A stretch of 64,000 nucleotides of DNA from Fibrobacterales bacterium (GTDB lineage: Bacteria > Fibrobacterota > Fibrobacteria > Fibrobacterales > JAOPTW01). Every line of letters starts with the position of its first letter. Within the stretch, counting starts at the first letter, position 1. A program made the translations under genes and the position numbers. This document shows positions 21,405-31,907 of the stretch, piece by piece. The notes beneath the pieces were generated by a model. It made no database searches. It saw nothing but the letters and a program-made list of their open reading frames with translations, and was not told the DNA's origin. The stretch is from assembly GCA_051532035.1 (NCBI GenBank), contig JAOPTW010000016.1, forward strand, positions 64,001-128,000, in the 5' to 3' direction.

Positions 21405-21647
21405 TTACTGATATTCAAGATAGCGAAGCCCTTTGAGGAGTGAGTGAGTCGTCTCATCTCTGAGAGGCTCATAGAGCTTTGTACGCCCTATTTGGTCGAG
21501 CACAGGAAACCCTTGCACCGGCATCGTTTCATCACAGGGAATAAAACATCCTATCACTTGGTTCCCTTGTACAACTGCAATTGGTTCACCACCATTTGAT
21601 ACTTGTGCAAGTCTCTGCCCCAACCGTGTGCTATCAATAACTTCCAT
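21405..21647 (-). CDS. Small protein with Phd/YefM-like N-terminus
   Basis: MEVIDSTRLGQRLAQVSNGGEPIAVVQGNQVIGCFIP pattern; AGGAG/GGTGG RBS-like sequence upstream. Confidence 0.4.
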   Translation of the reverse strand: MEVIDSTRLGQRLAQVSNGGEPIAVVQGNQVIGCFIPCDETMPVQGFPVLDQIGRTKLYEPLRDETTHSLLKGLRYLEYQ

Positions 21648-21876
21648 ATTCCCACCAACTCCTATCATGTCGAATCCATAAGTGAAACCATTTTACTCTT
21701 GATCACAAAAGGAGTCAAGATTATAAACTCACCTTTAAAATTTTTAGCATAGCCTCACATAAAATAGAGTTAAGATTTCTAATTCCTCAATTTTATTTTT
21801 TATACACCCATAGTTATTTGTTTTTAAGAGAGCTCTGCAGTTTCTAGATTACAGAGTTGTCTCACCTTTTTTTACT

Positions 21877-22596
21877 ATGTTTCACCTTACTATGAAAGAT
21901 GCTACCTACTTTATATCGCTCCTCAATCTGAGTATCATGCTTATCCCCTGTGCTATTGTGGCACTCTTTTACTACCGATGGCAGCTGAAAGATCAAAAGC
22001 CACTCTACTCTCTGACTCGTATGATTGTACAGCTCCTTCTTGTGGGATACTGTCTCAGTTTTATTTTTACTCAACACAACGTGATCATCACCCTTGGAGT
22101 GGTAGTCATCATGATTCTCTTTGCAACCTGGATTGCCCTCAGAGTTATGCCGGGACGTAAAAAAGAGCTCCTCTTTAAATCCTTTCTCGCCATCATCCTC
22201 TCATTTATTCCCATTTATATCATCACCACCTTTTTTGTTATTAACTTAGATCCTTGGCACAACCCTCGCTATCTTATTCCTCTTGCAGGAATGATGCTCG
22301 CCCGTTCAGTAGATAGCGTCAGCTTGAGCGCTGAACGTTTTTTTAGTGAAAAAGATGCCGGACATGACTACCTCACCTGTCGATTTGCGGGATTCAAATC
22401 AGCAATGATCCCCACTATAAACTCTCTTGTGGCTGTTGGAATCGTTTTTATCCCTGGAATGATGACAGGACAAATACTCTCGGGAATCGATCCACTCATT
22501 GCAGTACGCTATCAGATACTGGTCATGACAATGATTTTTAGTGTAACCGGCCTCAGTGCAGTCATTTTTCTTAAAATGAATAAGTTCGAGCGTTAA
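21877..22596 (+). CDS. UPF0014/FetB-type ABC permease
   Basis: RMIVQLLLVGY, PRYLIPLAGM and PGMMTGQILSGIDPLIAVRYQI. Confidence 0.85.
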   Translation: MFHLTMKDATYFISLLNLSIMLIPCAIVALFYYRWQLKDQKPLYSLTRMIVQLLLVGYCLSFIFTQHNVIITLGVVVIMILFATWIALRVMPGRKKELLFKSFLAIILSFIPIYIITTFFVINLDPWHNPRYLIPLAGMMLARSVDSVSLSAERFFSEKDAGHDYLTCRFAGFKSAMIPTINSLVAVGIVFIPGMMTGQILSGIDPLIAVRYQILVMTMIFSVTGLSAVIFLKMNKFER

Positions 22597-22644
22597 CCAC
22601 CAAAACTTATTTGACTCAGACTCATTTTTGGTATATTTATTCTG

Positions 22645-23340
22645 ATGATAAAAATACCAACTCTCCTTTCGCTTCTCCTTATTTCGGCTCTCACCCTAGT
22701 GATTTGTTCATGCAATAATCCCAGTGACAAACGATACCCAGTTAAGGGAATTGACGTTTCTCACCACCAAGGTGACATTATATGGGATAGTATCATCAAT
22801 CAAAAGATCACCTTTGCCTTTTTAAAAGCAACAGAGGGTGAAAACCACAAAGACACCCGTTTTGAAGAGTATTGGGATGCAATTTCCCACAGTTCCATTA
22901 AAAAAGGGGCCTACCACTTTTTTAGCTTTTGTAAAGAGGGTGTTGCACAAGCAAAAAACTATATCGCATCCGTAACACTGACCAGTGGTGACTTACCTCC
23001 AGCCGTTGATTTGGAGTTTGCAGGTAATTGTAAAAATGCTTTTGAAACGCCAAAACTTATTGCAGAAATACGTACCTACCTCGATAGTATAGAAGGACAC
23101 TACGGAGTGAAGCCGGTAATATACACCACAAATAAATTTTATAAAGAAGTGATATTTGAGCACTTCAAAGATCAAAACATCTGGATTCGCAACACTTATT
23201 TTAACCCTTCTCTTTCGAATCGTAAAAACTGGATTTTTTGGCAGTATAAAGTAGGGCCTTTTCCCGGTATCGCTGGAGATGTAGATCTCAATGTCTTTAA
23301 TGGGTCACTCGAAAAACTGAATAGTTATTGTATCCCATAG
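22645..23340 (+). CDS. GH25 lysozyme (lipoprotein)
   Basis: GIDVSHHQG, KATEG, GAYHFF, DLE, FWQY and VDLNVFNG. Confidence 0.9.
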   Translation: MIKIPTLLSLLLISALTLVICSCNNPSDKRYPVKGIDVSHHQGDIIWDSIINQKITFAFLKATEGENHKDTRFEEYWDAISHSSIKKGAYHFFSFCKEGVAQAKNYIASVTLTSGDLPPAVDLEFAGNCKNAFETPKLIAEIRTYLDSIEGHYGVKPVIYTTNKFYKEVIFEHFKDQNIWIRNTYFNPSLSNRKNWIFWQYKVGPFPGIAGDVDLNVFNGSLEKLNSYCIP

Positions 23341-23876
23341 CGTTTATCAAGATAATCAAAAAGTTTTTGATACTCCTCTCTCCGAGGAACAAAGTCCAAA
23401 CTATCATTCATTAATCTCTCTAATATCGAATAGTGACGCCATGTCACCTCAGTAACCTCTTCGACCTGTAATGAGAGTGATTCCAGAACCACCTCTTTCT
23501 CTACGAGATAGACATACTGAAATACCTGTTCAAAGAGGACAGGTGTCCGAAGAGACGTTTGTACGGCAAAGAGAAAGGTCAAGTCTGATTCAGTAATTTC
23601 AAGCCCAATTTCTTCTGAAACTTCTCGCACTGCACTCACGGTAAGAGTATCACTGTCAACCACATGACCTGCAGCACTCAAGTCCCAGAGGCCCGGGTAG
23701 ATTTCGGCATCGGCAGAGCGCTTTTGAAAGAGCAACTCACCTTTGGTATTCACTATCCAAACATGTACGGTTGCATGCCAGTCACCACCGATATGGGCAT
23801 CACGACGACTCTTAAACTGATCAGTTGGTTTTCCGCTCTCTGTATATATTCTCAGTTGCTCATCTAGTGCCATCAT
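23325..23876 (-). CDS. NUDIX hydrolase (IPP isomerase type 1-like)
   Basis: HATVHVW, QKRS...PGLWDLSAAGH and Nudix box AVREVSEEIG. Confidence 0.85.
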   Translation of the reverse strand: MMALDEQLRIYTESGKPTDQFKSRRDAHIGGDWHATVHVWIVNTKGELLFQKRSADAEIYPGLWDLSAAGHVVDSDTLTVSAVREVSEEIGLEITESDLTFLFAVQTSLRTPVLFEQVFQYVYLVEKEVVLESLSLQVEEVTEVTWRHYSILERLMNDSLDFVPRREEYQKLFDYLDKRYGIQ

Positions 23877-23970
23877 TCCCTCCATTACCCTCATTCTCCT
23901 CAAAAAACAGCCAAAAAAGGAGATCTCAGCATTAATCTAGGTAATTTTTTATTTTTCTTCTCAAAACAGT

Positions 23971-23997
23971 ATCACATTCTCCCGGTCCTACCGTTTT
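23971..23997 (+). promoter_or_regulatory. ECF-type autoregulatory promoter
   Basis: ATCAC-N16-CGTTTT, 10 bp upstream of the ECF sigma ATG; no RBS, so possibly leaderless. Confidence 0.5.
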
Positions 23998-24007
23998 ACT
24001 TACAGAT

Positions 24008-24490
24008 ATGAATAATAGACAACTAGAGAACCTATTTATGCAGTTTTCACCCCTTGCATTTTCTGTAAGTGTCTCAGTCCTCCATTCCCGTGAAGAGGCT
24101 GAAGATGTTGTACAAGAGCTCTTTCTTAATCGAGTGCCCAAAATGATAGATCGCTATAGCGATGTCAGCCCCGAAGAGATGGGCCGAATTATTGCTCGCA
24201 GTGCCAAAAACCTATCGATAGACATGTTTCGTAAAAAAAGACGCTACCCAGAACAACAAATTGGTGAGACTGATGCTGTAACCCAGGTTGAGAACCCAGC
24301 AGAGACTCCCGAGGTGACGACACTCCTCAATGCTGTGAACGAAACCGATCGAGAAGTCCTCACCCTTAAATATCTTAACAAGCTCACTTGGACCCAAGTT
24401 GCAGAAACTCTCGGTCTCTCCGAAGTAGGTTCACGTAAACGGGGACGCATTGCCCTTGAACGCATCAAAAATTTGGTTAAACGAGGGTAA
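24008..24490 (+). CDS. ECF RNA polymerase sigma factor (cluster 1)
   Basis: EEAEDVVQELF, ARSAKNLSIDMFRK and region-4 HTH DREVLTLKY..LTWTQVAETLG. Confidence 0.85.
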   Translation: MNNRQLENLFMQFSPLAFSVSVSVLHSREEAEDVVQELFLNRVPKMIDRYSDVSPEEMGRIIARSAKNLSIDMFRKKRRYPEQQIGETDAVTQVENPAETPEVTTLLNAVNETDREVLTLKYLNKLTWTQVAETLGLSEVGSRKRGRIALERIKNLVKRG

Positions 24491-24491
24491 T

Positions 24492-25265
24492 ATGAAACAA
24501 AAACCACTCAGTGATATTGACCTTCAGCTCTTTCTTGCCAAAGCACTTCCTTTGCGTAAACGGCTGTATATCCGAATCCTACTCCTCCTTTCTCCGGAAC
24601 TTCAAAAACAGTATGCAACCATAGTTGCAGAGAATGCCACTTTTATGAACCGAGAACAACCGAGGCTCCACCAATCTCTCTTTGGAAAAAGTACCAAGAG
24701 TGCTCCTACCCCAAAAACATCTCTTTTTATGGTTCCATGGTTAAAACCAGCCCTCTCCTTTGCCCTTGTAGCGCTTATTGCACTCCCAATGGTTACTACC
24801 TATATGGCAACAAACACTCATTCTCCAGGTCAACCCTACTACGCCTCAAAGGGCTCAGGACTTGGGGTTTCACTCTACAAAAAAGAGAAAGAGTACACAC
24901 TCCTGAGTGATAGCCATATCACTCTCAACATTTCTGACACACTCCAGCTCATGCCTATGGGAACTTCCGATCAGTTTGTTGCGCTCTACACACTCCATAA
25001 TAACACCCTCTCTCGCATCTACCCCGAAGAAGCCCAGGTACTGACGCTCTTTAATGAACAAACACTCCCTCCGTCGCTCATTTTTGATGGTGATACGACA
25101 CGACTCATTGCCGTTACTGCCGAAACACAACACGCTCTCACCCAAGTCGAACAGATCATTGCAGGCTTTACCTCAGGTTACGCTCAGACACCCCCACTCT
25201 CGCACCTTGTTGACAACATCTACATACAACCATTTCTTATTACTTTAGAGGTACCCCATGATTAA
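24492..25265 (+). CDS. Putative single-TM anti-sigma factor (cluster 1)
   Basis: Follows the sigma gene; cytoplasmic N-terminus, one TM, SKG motif, periplasmic beta domain. Confidence 0.65.
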   Translation: MKQKPLSDIDLQLFLAKALPLRKRLYIRILLLLSPELQKQYATIVAENATFMNREQPRLHQSLFGKSTKSAPTPKTSLFMVPWLKPALSFALVALIALPMVTTYMATNTHSPGQPYYASKGSGLGVSLYKKEKEYTLLSDSHITLNISDTLQLMPMGTSDQFVALYTLHNNTLSRIYPEEAQVLTLFNEQTLPPSLIFDGDTTRLIAVTAETQHALTQVEQIIAGFTSGYAQTPPLSHLVDNIYIQPFLITLEVPHD

Positions 25266-27054
25266 ACAGGTTATACTCTCGATCGCCCTCACCACCTTAA
25301 TGCTCACGGCATCACCACAGTGGGTCAAAGTAAACGTTATTGTGGCGAGTAAAAGCGGACTCTCTCATGACACTGAACTTCGGTACGCCTATAATGATGC
25401 AAAGAAAATGCGTTCCACTCTTGCAGAGCTCAGTGATGTAGACCCCAAAAATAATTTCCTTATTACCACCGAATCAACTACAGACCTTCGAGAAAAGCTC
25501 AGCTATATTAGTGAACGTATAACAAAGCTTAAGCAGAAGCACAAAGTCCTCCTTCAGTTTTATTACTCTGGCCATGGTTCAGGGAGCAGTTTTCATATTG
25601 GTAATGAAAAGTTCCTCTTTAAAGAGGTTAAGTCGCTCCTTAATACAACACAAATAGATACCCGCATTTTTATTCTCGATGTCTGTTTTGGGGGAACCTT
25701 CCTCAACTCCAAAGGGTTTACCAAAGCAAAGCCCATCTCAATCAATCTCGATGTTAATGACGCTACTCAAGGTGAGGTAATTATTAGTTCATCAGCAGTA
25801 AACGAACAGGCCTATGAAATTGAGTCACTTGAAGGGTCGGTCTTTAGTACCAACTGGATTATGGGACTCCGTGGGGCGGGTGATAAAAACGGTGATGGAC
25901 AAGTATCACTCTTTGAAGCGTACAATCACGCCTATGATCACACCGTAAACTACACCTCACAAACCTTGCAAAAACCGCAGCACCCCTCATACAACATGGA
26001 CCTCACTGGTGCTCACGACATTGTACTCACCAAGCCAACTCTCTCGGCAAATGGCATCGTATTTGACAACTGCCCCAAAGGAATCTACACAATCTACAAC
26101 GCGTCTCATTACCACACTATCGGTGATGTCCGCATATCTGATTCAGGGCAATTCTTTCTCGCACTCCAACGGGGGAGTTATTCTATTACCACTCCAAATA
26201 GTGATGGACGTATAATGGAAGCATCGATTAGTGTAACCACCAATCTAACAGAGGTGACCTATAGCGAGTTTTCTCCCAAGAAAGAATCGGCTATTATACA
26301 CAAACGAAAAGGTTCTCGCCTCAGTGCCTTTAAACCAGATTTTGCAACACGGCTCGTAACAAACTCAGGCGTCACTCTCTACAAAGGCTTTGGCTACCAC
26401 TCTCTTTCGGGCATCACCCAAAGCCTCAATGCTCAAAATGACATTGAAGATCTATTCGATATTAACCCAAGCTACGTTCCAGACGAGACGATCTACGACA
26501 ATTTTGGCATTAATCTGGTACTCTCTACAGGCAACTGGGGCATCGCGGGCCACATTGAAGGATACAACCAAAAAGTTTCAATGCAAGGCAAAGGAACTGA
26601 ACCCACGCAGGAACCCCAAGAAGATCTTGATGTATTTGCAAGTGGCTCTGTTGAATTATTCCACATAGAAATTGGTATCGCATTTCAAAAACGTATTTTT
26701 CTAGAGCAAGCCCATCGAATCGATGGAGAACTCGGTGCCTCATTTGTAGGAGAAAGTTACGACCACGCCTGGAGTTATGAGCGAAAAGCGATGCTCTTCT
26801 CCAAAGAAAAATATGACTATAGAGCAAGTATGAGTGGCAGTCGATATCATATTGCTGCACGATATCGATATCACCTTGAGACGGCACTTAATCTTGCCAT
26901 TGGAGCAAAACTGAGCGCCTACCTTCTCGACTTAAAAACTAACAATATTCCTACTGGCGAAAATGCAACGGTCTTTCATAAACTCAATGGCCACTCATTT
27001 GTACCCGGTATAAAACTCGACCTACTCTTTTTCATTGGACCACGGAGGATTTAA
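25258..27054 (+). CDS. Secreted caspase-family (peptidase C14) protein with C-terminal barrel-like domain (cluster 1)
   Basis: Signal peptide; LRYAYNDA, FYYSGHG, ILDVC dyad, GLRGAGDKNGDGQVSLFEAY and QHPSY. Confidence 0.85.
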   Translation: MIKQVILSIALTTLMLTASPQWVKVNVIVASKSGLSHDTELRYAYNDAKKMRSTLAELSDVDPKNNFLITTESTTDLREKLSYISERITKLKQKHKVLLQFYYSGHGSGSSFHIGNEKFLFKEVKSLLNTTQIDTRIFILDVCFGGTFLNSKGFTKAKPISINLDVNDATQGEVIISSSAVNEQAYEIESLEGSVFSTNWIMGLRGAGDKNGDGQVSLFEAYNHAYDHTVNYTSQTLQKPQHPSYNMDLTGAHDIVLTKPTLSANGIVFDNCPKGIYTIYNASHYHTIGDVRISDSGQFFLALQRGSYSITTPNSDGRIMEASISVTTNLTEVTYSEFSPKKESAIIHKRKGSRLSAFKPDFATRLVTNSGVTLYKGFGYHSLSGITQSLNAQNDIEDLFDINPSYVPDETIYDNFGINLVLSTGNWGIAGHIEGYNQKVSMQGKGTEPTQEPQEDLDVFASGSVELFHIEIGIAFQKRIFLEQAHRIDGELGASFVGESYDHAWSYERKAMLFSKEKYDYRASMSGSRYHIAARYRYHLETALNLAIGAKLSAYLLDLKTNNIPTGENATVFHKLNGHSFVPGIKLDLLFFIGPRRI

Positions 27055-27056
27055 TT

Positions 27057-27809
27057 ATGCGGATTCTATTACTATTAGTACCATTAATATATACTCTACT
27101 CTTGTTGGGATGTGCAGAATCATATGACACAACTACTGTCGAACAAGCCGACGACCCATCAATCATCAGAACACTCAACTACACCTATCTCGGGTCAAAA
27201 ATTTTTCCACTCGAGCACTCAAACAATTACACCTATAATTTTGTGCAATATGACTCTGAAGGTACTAAGACTGACTCAACCAAAAATTTCCGTTTCGAAA
27301 TATCATCCTATTCTCAAGGCCCCGATGACAGTTTTCTTTTCGGCATGCCAGGCAACGAAGCGGACATTCTCCAATGGAAAGGCGAGTCGTATTCTGTAGA
27401 GGAACGGGGAGTCTATATTATTGGTCGCTACGATACAAAGCAAAAACGAGAAATTTCCACAGAACCTGAACCGATATTTTGGCTTCCTCAGTCCCCCGAA
27501 AAAGGGGTACGTACTCTAGGAGATGACTATACCATTGAATACCTCGGCAGCGACTTCCCCTATATAATGAGTGTCGACAACTGCAGCCGTCCGGTACTCG
27601 AAGAGGCATTGCTCTTTAAAGAAGAGGCCGGAGACTTCACCAACTATTACTACATCAAAAAAGGTGTTGGCATATTGGGCTGGGAGAAATACTATAAGGG
27701 TACCCTCACCGACATAGCAGTACTCAATAATATGAATTTTCAAACCGAAGATGAGGACGAATTCTACGCACCAAACCACTGTTATGAAGACGAGTACTAC
27801 TATGACTAG
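27057..27809 (+). CDS. Hypothetical lipoprotein (cluster 1)
   Basis: LLLGC lipobox; YYIKKGVGILG motif. Confidence 0.7.
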   Translation: MRILLLLVPLIYTLLLLGCAESYDTTTVEQADDPSIIRTLNYTYLGSKIFPLEHSNNYTYNFVQYDSEGTKTDSTKNFRFEISSYSQGPDDSFLFGMPGNEADILQWKGESYSVEERGVYIIGRYDTKQKREISTEPEPIFWLPQSPEKGVRTLGDDYTIEYLGSDFPYIMSVDNCSRPVLEEALLFKEEAGDFTNYYYIKKGVGILGWEKYYKGTLTDIAVLNNMNFQTEDEDEFYAPNHCYEDEYYYD

Positions 27810-27894
27810 GTACAGCACTCTCTAAGCCCTGTCAATAAGTGTCACTGTACAAGAGTTACCTTTACTATGTTTGACACAGTAAAGGAGTTCTTCT

Positions 27895-29226
27895 ATGACC
27901 ACTCACCCCCTCGTACTAACTATTCTGCTACTTCTGAGTATCAATCTTATAGTACTGATCATTGTACTTATTAAAACAAAAGCATCCTCTGCCCAAAAAC
28001 CTATCGAACAGTTTTCTGATACTATTACGCAACTCCTCCACGACTCATTTAATCAAAACCGAAACGACAGCCTCCAACGCGCATCACTCCAGCGAGAAGA
28101 ACTGAGCAACAGCCTCCAACGAGTCTCTGACTCTCTCTCACAGCGACTTTCAGAGAGTGCCACTCAGCAAAAAGAGCAACTCGAGCTATTCTCTAATGTT
28201 CTGCAGAGCCTTACCAATGCCAACGAAGCACGCTTTACCGAACTCAACACAACTCTGAGTGAAAAAATCACCGCCCTTCAGACAGACAACAACAAAAGGC
28301 TCGACCTCATCAACCATACTGTGGATGAAAAGCTCCACAAAACACTCGAACAACGCCTCGGTCACTCATTCAAACTCGTTTCCGAGCAATTAGAAAAAGT
28401 GCAAAAAGGGCTCGGTGAAATGCAGACACTCGCTCATGGTGTCGGTGACCTCAAGCGAGTCTTAACCAACGTAAAAACAAAAGGAGTACTGGGTGAATAT
28501 CAGCTCGCCAACATCTTAGAGCAACTCCTCACTCCTGCACAATACGAACCCAATGTTAAAACTAAAAAAGGGAGTGATGCCATTGTTGAATATGCTATCA
28601 AACTTCCGGGCAGGCAGGAGACCAATGAAACCGTTTGGATCCCTATCGATGCCAAATTCCCCACGGAACATTATCAAGAACTCCTTATGGTGTACGAAGC
28701 CGGAGACAAGGCGGAGATTGCTACTGCTCAGAAAGCCCTCTATAAAACCATACGCCTGTGTGCCAAAGATATCCATACGAAATATATCGACCCACCCCAC
28801 ACAACGGATTTTGCAATTCTGTTTCTCCCCATCGAAGGACTCTATGCCGAGGTGCTCCGAGACCACCAACTCTTTCAGACCCTTCAACGAGATTACCATG
28901 TAATAGTCGCTGGCCCCACTACCCTCTCGGCACTGTTAAATTCACTGCAGATGGGCTTTAAAACCCTCGCTATTGAAAAGCGCTCGAGTGAAGTATGGAA
29001 CATTCTTGGGACCGTCAAAACTGAGTTCAATAAATTCGGCACCATTCTCGATAAAACTCAAAAGAAACTTGATGAGGCGAGTAAAACCATTGAGTCAGCG
29101 GGTGTCCGCACTCGTGCCATTGAACGAAAACTCCGGGATGTAGAAGAGCTCCCCCTTCAACAAGAAGCTCAATCATTTACCGATATTCTCCCCTCTCCCT
29201 CAGAATTAGAGACCATTGACGACTAA
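27895..29226 (+). CDS. rmuC: DNA recombination protein RmuC
   Basis: N-terminal TM and coiled coil; KTKGVLGEYQL, IPIDAKFP, FLPIEGLYAE and GPTTL. Confidence 0.9.
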   Translation: MTTHPLVLTILLLLSINLIVLIIVLIKTKASSAQKPIEQFSDTITQLLHDSFNQNRNDSLQRASLQREELSNSLQRVSDSLSQRLSESATQQKEQLELFSNVLQSLTNANEARFTELNTTLSEKITALQTDNNKRLDLINHTVDEKLHKTLEQRLGHSFKLVSEQLEKVQKGLGEMQTLAHGVGDLKRVLTNVKTKGVLGEYQLANILEQLLTPAQYEPNVKTKKGSDAIVEYAIKLPGRQETNETVWIPIDAKFPTEHYQELLMVYEAGDKAEIATAQKALYKTIRLCAKDIHTKYIDPPHTTDFAILFLPIEGLYAEVLRDHQLFQTLQRDYHVIVAGPTTLSALLNSLQMGFKTLAIEKRSSEVWNILGTVKTEFNKFGTILDKTQKKLDEASKTIESAGVRTRAIERKLRDVEELPLQQEAQSFTDILPSPSELETIDD

Positions 29227-29358
29227 CAAGCTTTTTCTCTCTAAATAGCGGTATTTTTAAAATGAAAAATGGGTCATAGGGTTTCGAAAAGTCTCTTAAA
29301 ATTGTCAAAGGAGACTAACTTAGCTATCTTTTGTCCATTATTGTTTGGTAGTTGACTC

Positions 29359-30045
29359 ATGAAATTAACACTGTATAGCTCTCTCTTACTCCTTTTGCTT
29401 CTTGGATGTTCTTATGTACCTCCAAACTACTCTTCAATGCTTATCGGATCTCAGAATCCCAAAAACACCGTTCAAAGTAATATCGGTTTTAGTGGTACCA
29501 ATTTAGGAGTCAATATTGGGAAGCCCAATCAAGCAGACTCAGCAGCAATTGCGGGATACCCCAAAACAACGTTTACCCAAAGTCTCTTTTCCATGGACTA
29601 CTTTATTAATACTGAAATGTTCCATATAGCCCCCAACCTCTCCAACACCAATACCTCCCTTGGTCTCGGTATCGATTACGACGACACCTTTCTTATCGTG
29701 GTTACCCCTGGTGTCCATTTTACGGGTAAAAGTGGTACCAATTTATACCCCACCTCTTTAAACATCAAAAAGGATTACTTTGTTAACCTCCATACCAGTG
29801 TGAATCTCTCAAGTACCAAAGGCAATATCATCCTCCTTTCGAATGATGTTTTTCAGAGTCAATTTATCGAAACAAATCGCTTCCAAGAGTTTTCAAATCG
29901 GGTCACTCCCTACATGAACAAACTCGCCCTCTCACTCTTTTTCTATGACCGTTCTGTCTTTGCCGGCCTTGAACTCAGTATTCTCAACAGTTACGACTTT
30001 GACTATTATGGTGCAGGGGTTGTGTTCACCTTTGGATTCCAATAA
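29359..30045 (+). CDS. Hypothetical lipoprotein/outer-membrane protein
   Basis: LLLGC lipobox; beta-strand C-terminus VFTFGFQ. Confidence 0.6.
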   Translation: MKLTLYSSLLLLLLLGCSYVPPNYSSMLIGSQNPKNTVQSNIGFSGTNLGVNIGKPNQADSAAIAGYPKTTFTQSLFSMDYFINTEMFHIAPNLSNTNTSLGLGIDYDDTFLIVVTPGVHFTGKSGTNLYPTSLNIKKDYFVNLHTSVNLSSTKGNIILLSNDVFQSQFIETNRFQEFSNRVTPYMNKLALSLFFYDRSVFAGLELSILNSYDFDYYGAGVVFTFGFQ

Positions 30046-30064
30046 CCCCATTCCAACCCCTTTA

Positions 30065-31606
30065 TCAAAACATCACCTGACTATACTTTCTATCGAGGCT
30101 TCGATATTGTAATGCTTCTGAAAGATGGTTTGCCTCAATCATATCACTCTCTGCCAAATCGGCTATTGTGCGAGCCACTTTTAATATTCTATCATACGCC
30201 CGCGCCGAAAAACCCATTTTTACCGTTGCAATCTTTAAAATTTCCTGTGCGTCCGCACCAAGCATACAATGAGTGCGTATTAAGCGCCCCTGCATATGCG
30301 CATTGCAAAACACTCCAGGCACATCTACAAATCGATGACGCTGTATCTCTCGCGCCCTCTGCACTCTCGCACGAATAGACACAGACGATTCCCCCTCCTC
30401 TTTTTTGCTCATCTCTTGATAGTTGAGAGCCCCAACAGACACATGAATATCAATTCTATCAAGAAGTGGCCCAGATATTTTATTCATATACCGAATCACT
30501 TCATTTTCGCTGCAAGTGCAGGGCTGACTCGGATCACCATAGTACCCACAGGGGCATGGATTCATCGCCGCCCCAAGCATAAACCGCGAGGGATAAGTCA
30601 CCGTCATTGCCGTTCGAGAGATAGTGACCACATTATCTTCAAGGGGCTGACGCAACACTTCAAGTACCGGTTTTGAAAACTCTGGCAATTCATCCAAAAA
30701 GAGCAGCCCATTATGAGCTAAACTCACCTCACCTGGTCTTGGATAAGTACCGCCACCCACAAGCGATGTATTAGAAACGGTATGATGCGGGCTCCTAAAA
30801 GGGCGATCTACAATGAGTGACTCAAAACCCTTAAATAGCCCTGCCCCACTATGAATCGTGGTAGTCTCAATAGCCTCTTCTTTTGTCATATCCGGAAGTA
30901 TCGATGGGATCCTGCGAGCACACATACTCTTACCCGTCCCTGGCGACCCTAATAGTAAAAAGTTATGAGCCCCCGAGGCAGCGATCTCTAACGCTCGACG
31001 AGTTACCTCTTGCCCTTTCACATCACTAAAGTCCAACGCATACTGTTTACTCGGCTCGAGATCACTCGGAAGCGACACTACCTTATGCACATCTCCTTCG
31101 CCACCCAGTACATCAATACAATCCTTGATATTCCCCACACCATAGACATCGACGCCATCAATAATTGCAGCCTCTGCAGCACTGGCTCTCGGAAGGATCA
31201 TAGACTTAAAGCCATGCTTTTTGGCAAAAATAGCAATAGAGAGCGCCCCCTTTATACGCTTCACATCACCACACAGAGAAAGCTCTCCTAAAATAAGTGT
31301 TTTATCGAGCTCAATAAAGGGAATCTGCTCTGATGACATCAGCATCCCTACTGCAAGAGGAAGGTCAAAAGATGACCCCTCTTTTTTAACATCTGCCGGG
31401 GCCATATTTATGGTGGTTCGTTTATTATAGATTTGATAACCAAAGTTTTTTAGGGCAGCACTCACTCTATCCCGCGACTCTCGCACCGCAGAGTCAGGGA
31501 GCCCAACAAGAGTAAAGCCCGGCATCCCATCTCTACAATCAACCTCAATTAGTATCTCAAAGGCTTCAATCCCCCACAGCGCTGCAGCTTTAATTATAGA
31601 GATCAT
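30065..31606 (-). CDS. comM: YifB/ComM Mg-chelatase-like AAA+ ATPase
   Basis: VGLPD..VRESRDRV, GSPGTGKS, PFRSPHHT, GEVSLAH, LDELPEF, NPCPCG and SARAYDRILKVARTIADL. Confidence 0.92.
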   Translation of the reverse strand: MISIIKAAALWGIEAFEILIEVDCRDGMPGFTLVGLPDSAVRESRDRVSAALKNFGYQIYNKRTTINMAPADVKKEGSSFDLPLAVGMLMSSEQIPFIELDKTLILGELSLCGDVKRIKGALSIAIFAKKHGFKSMILPRASAAEAAIIDGVDVYGVGNIKDCIDVLGGEGDVHKVVSLPSDLEPSKQYALDFSDVKGQEVTRRALEIAASGAHNFLLLGSPGTGKSMCARRIPSILPDMTKEEAIETTTIHSGAGLFKGFESLIVDRPFRSPHHTVSNTSLVGGGTYPRPGEVSLAHNGLLFLDELPEFSKPVLEVLRQPLEDNVVTISRTAMTVTYPSRFMLGAAMNPCPCGYYGDPSQPCTCSENEVIRYMNKISGPLLDRIDIHVSVGALNYQEMSKKEEGESSVSIRARVQRAREIQRHRFVDVPGVFCNAHMQGRLIRTHCMLGADAQEILKIATVKMGFSARAYDRILKVARTIADLAESDMIEANHLSEALQYRSLDRKYSQVMF

Positions 31607-31899
31607 ACCAGTTCCAGTTGAGGAGAAGTCTCACAACCCAGAAGTGAATGATGTTCATAGGCCGCTACAACCTGAGATTGTATCTCTTTAATAAGGCCTG
31701 CCGATAAAAAGTTGTAGGCACTCATAGGGGTATCCTGCTTTAACTCTGGAAGTTTTAAATGAAACCCCAACCCCGTCTTAAAAAGCTTGAGCCCTCTCAG
31801 CACTAGTTGATTGTTAATCGAAACATCAGTCGTTCCTTTAAAGGTACTCCCAAAATAAGCGGGAAACGGTTTGAATGTCAGTACTCGTATTTGTATCAT
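31603..31899 (-). CDS. Divergent SpoVG-like protein (copy 3)
   Basis: FKGTTDVSINNQLVLRGLKL...LKLP...IQSQVVAAY; overlaps the comM start. Confidence 0.55.
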   Translation of the reverse strand: MIQIRVLTFKPFPAYFGSTFKGTTDVSINNQLVLRGLKLFKTGLGFHLKLPELKQDTPMSAYNFLSAGLIKEIQSQVVAAYEHHSLLGCETSPQLELV

Positions 31900-31907
31900 A
31901 ATATCTC

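Noticed and set aside
22645..23340. Prophage endolysin
   Set aside because: It is a lipoprotein-type GH25 among housekeeping genes, with no holin or phage genes nearby.
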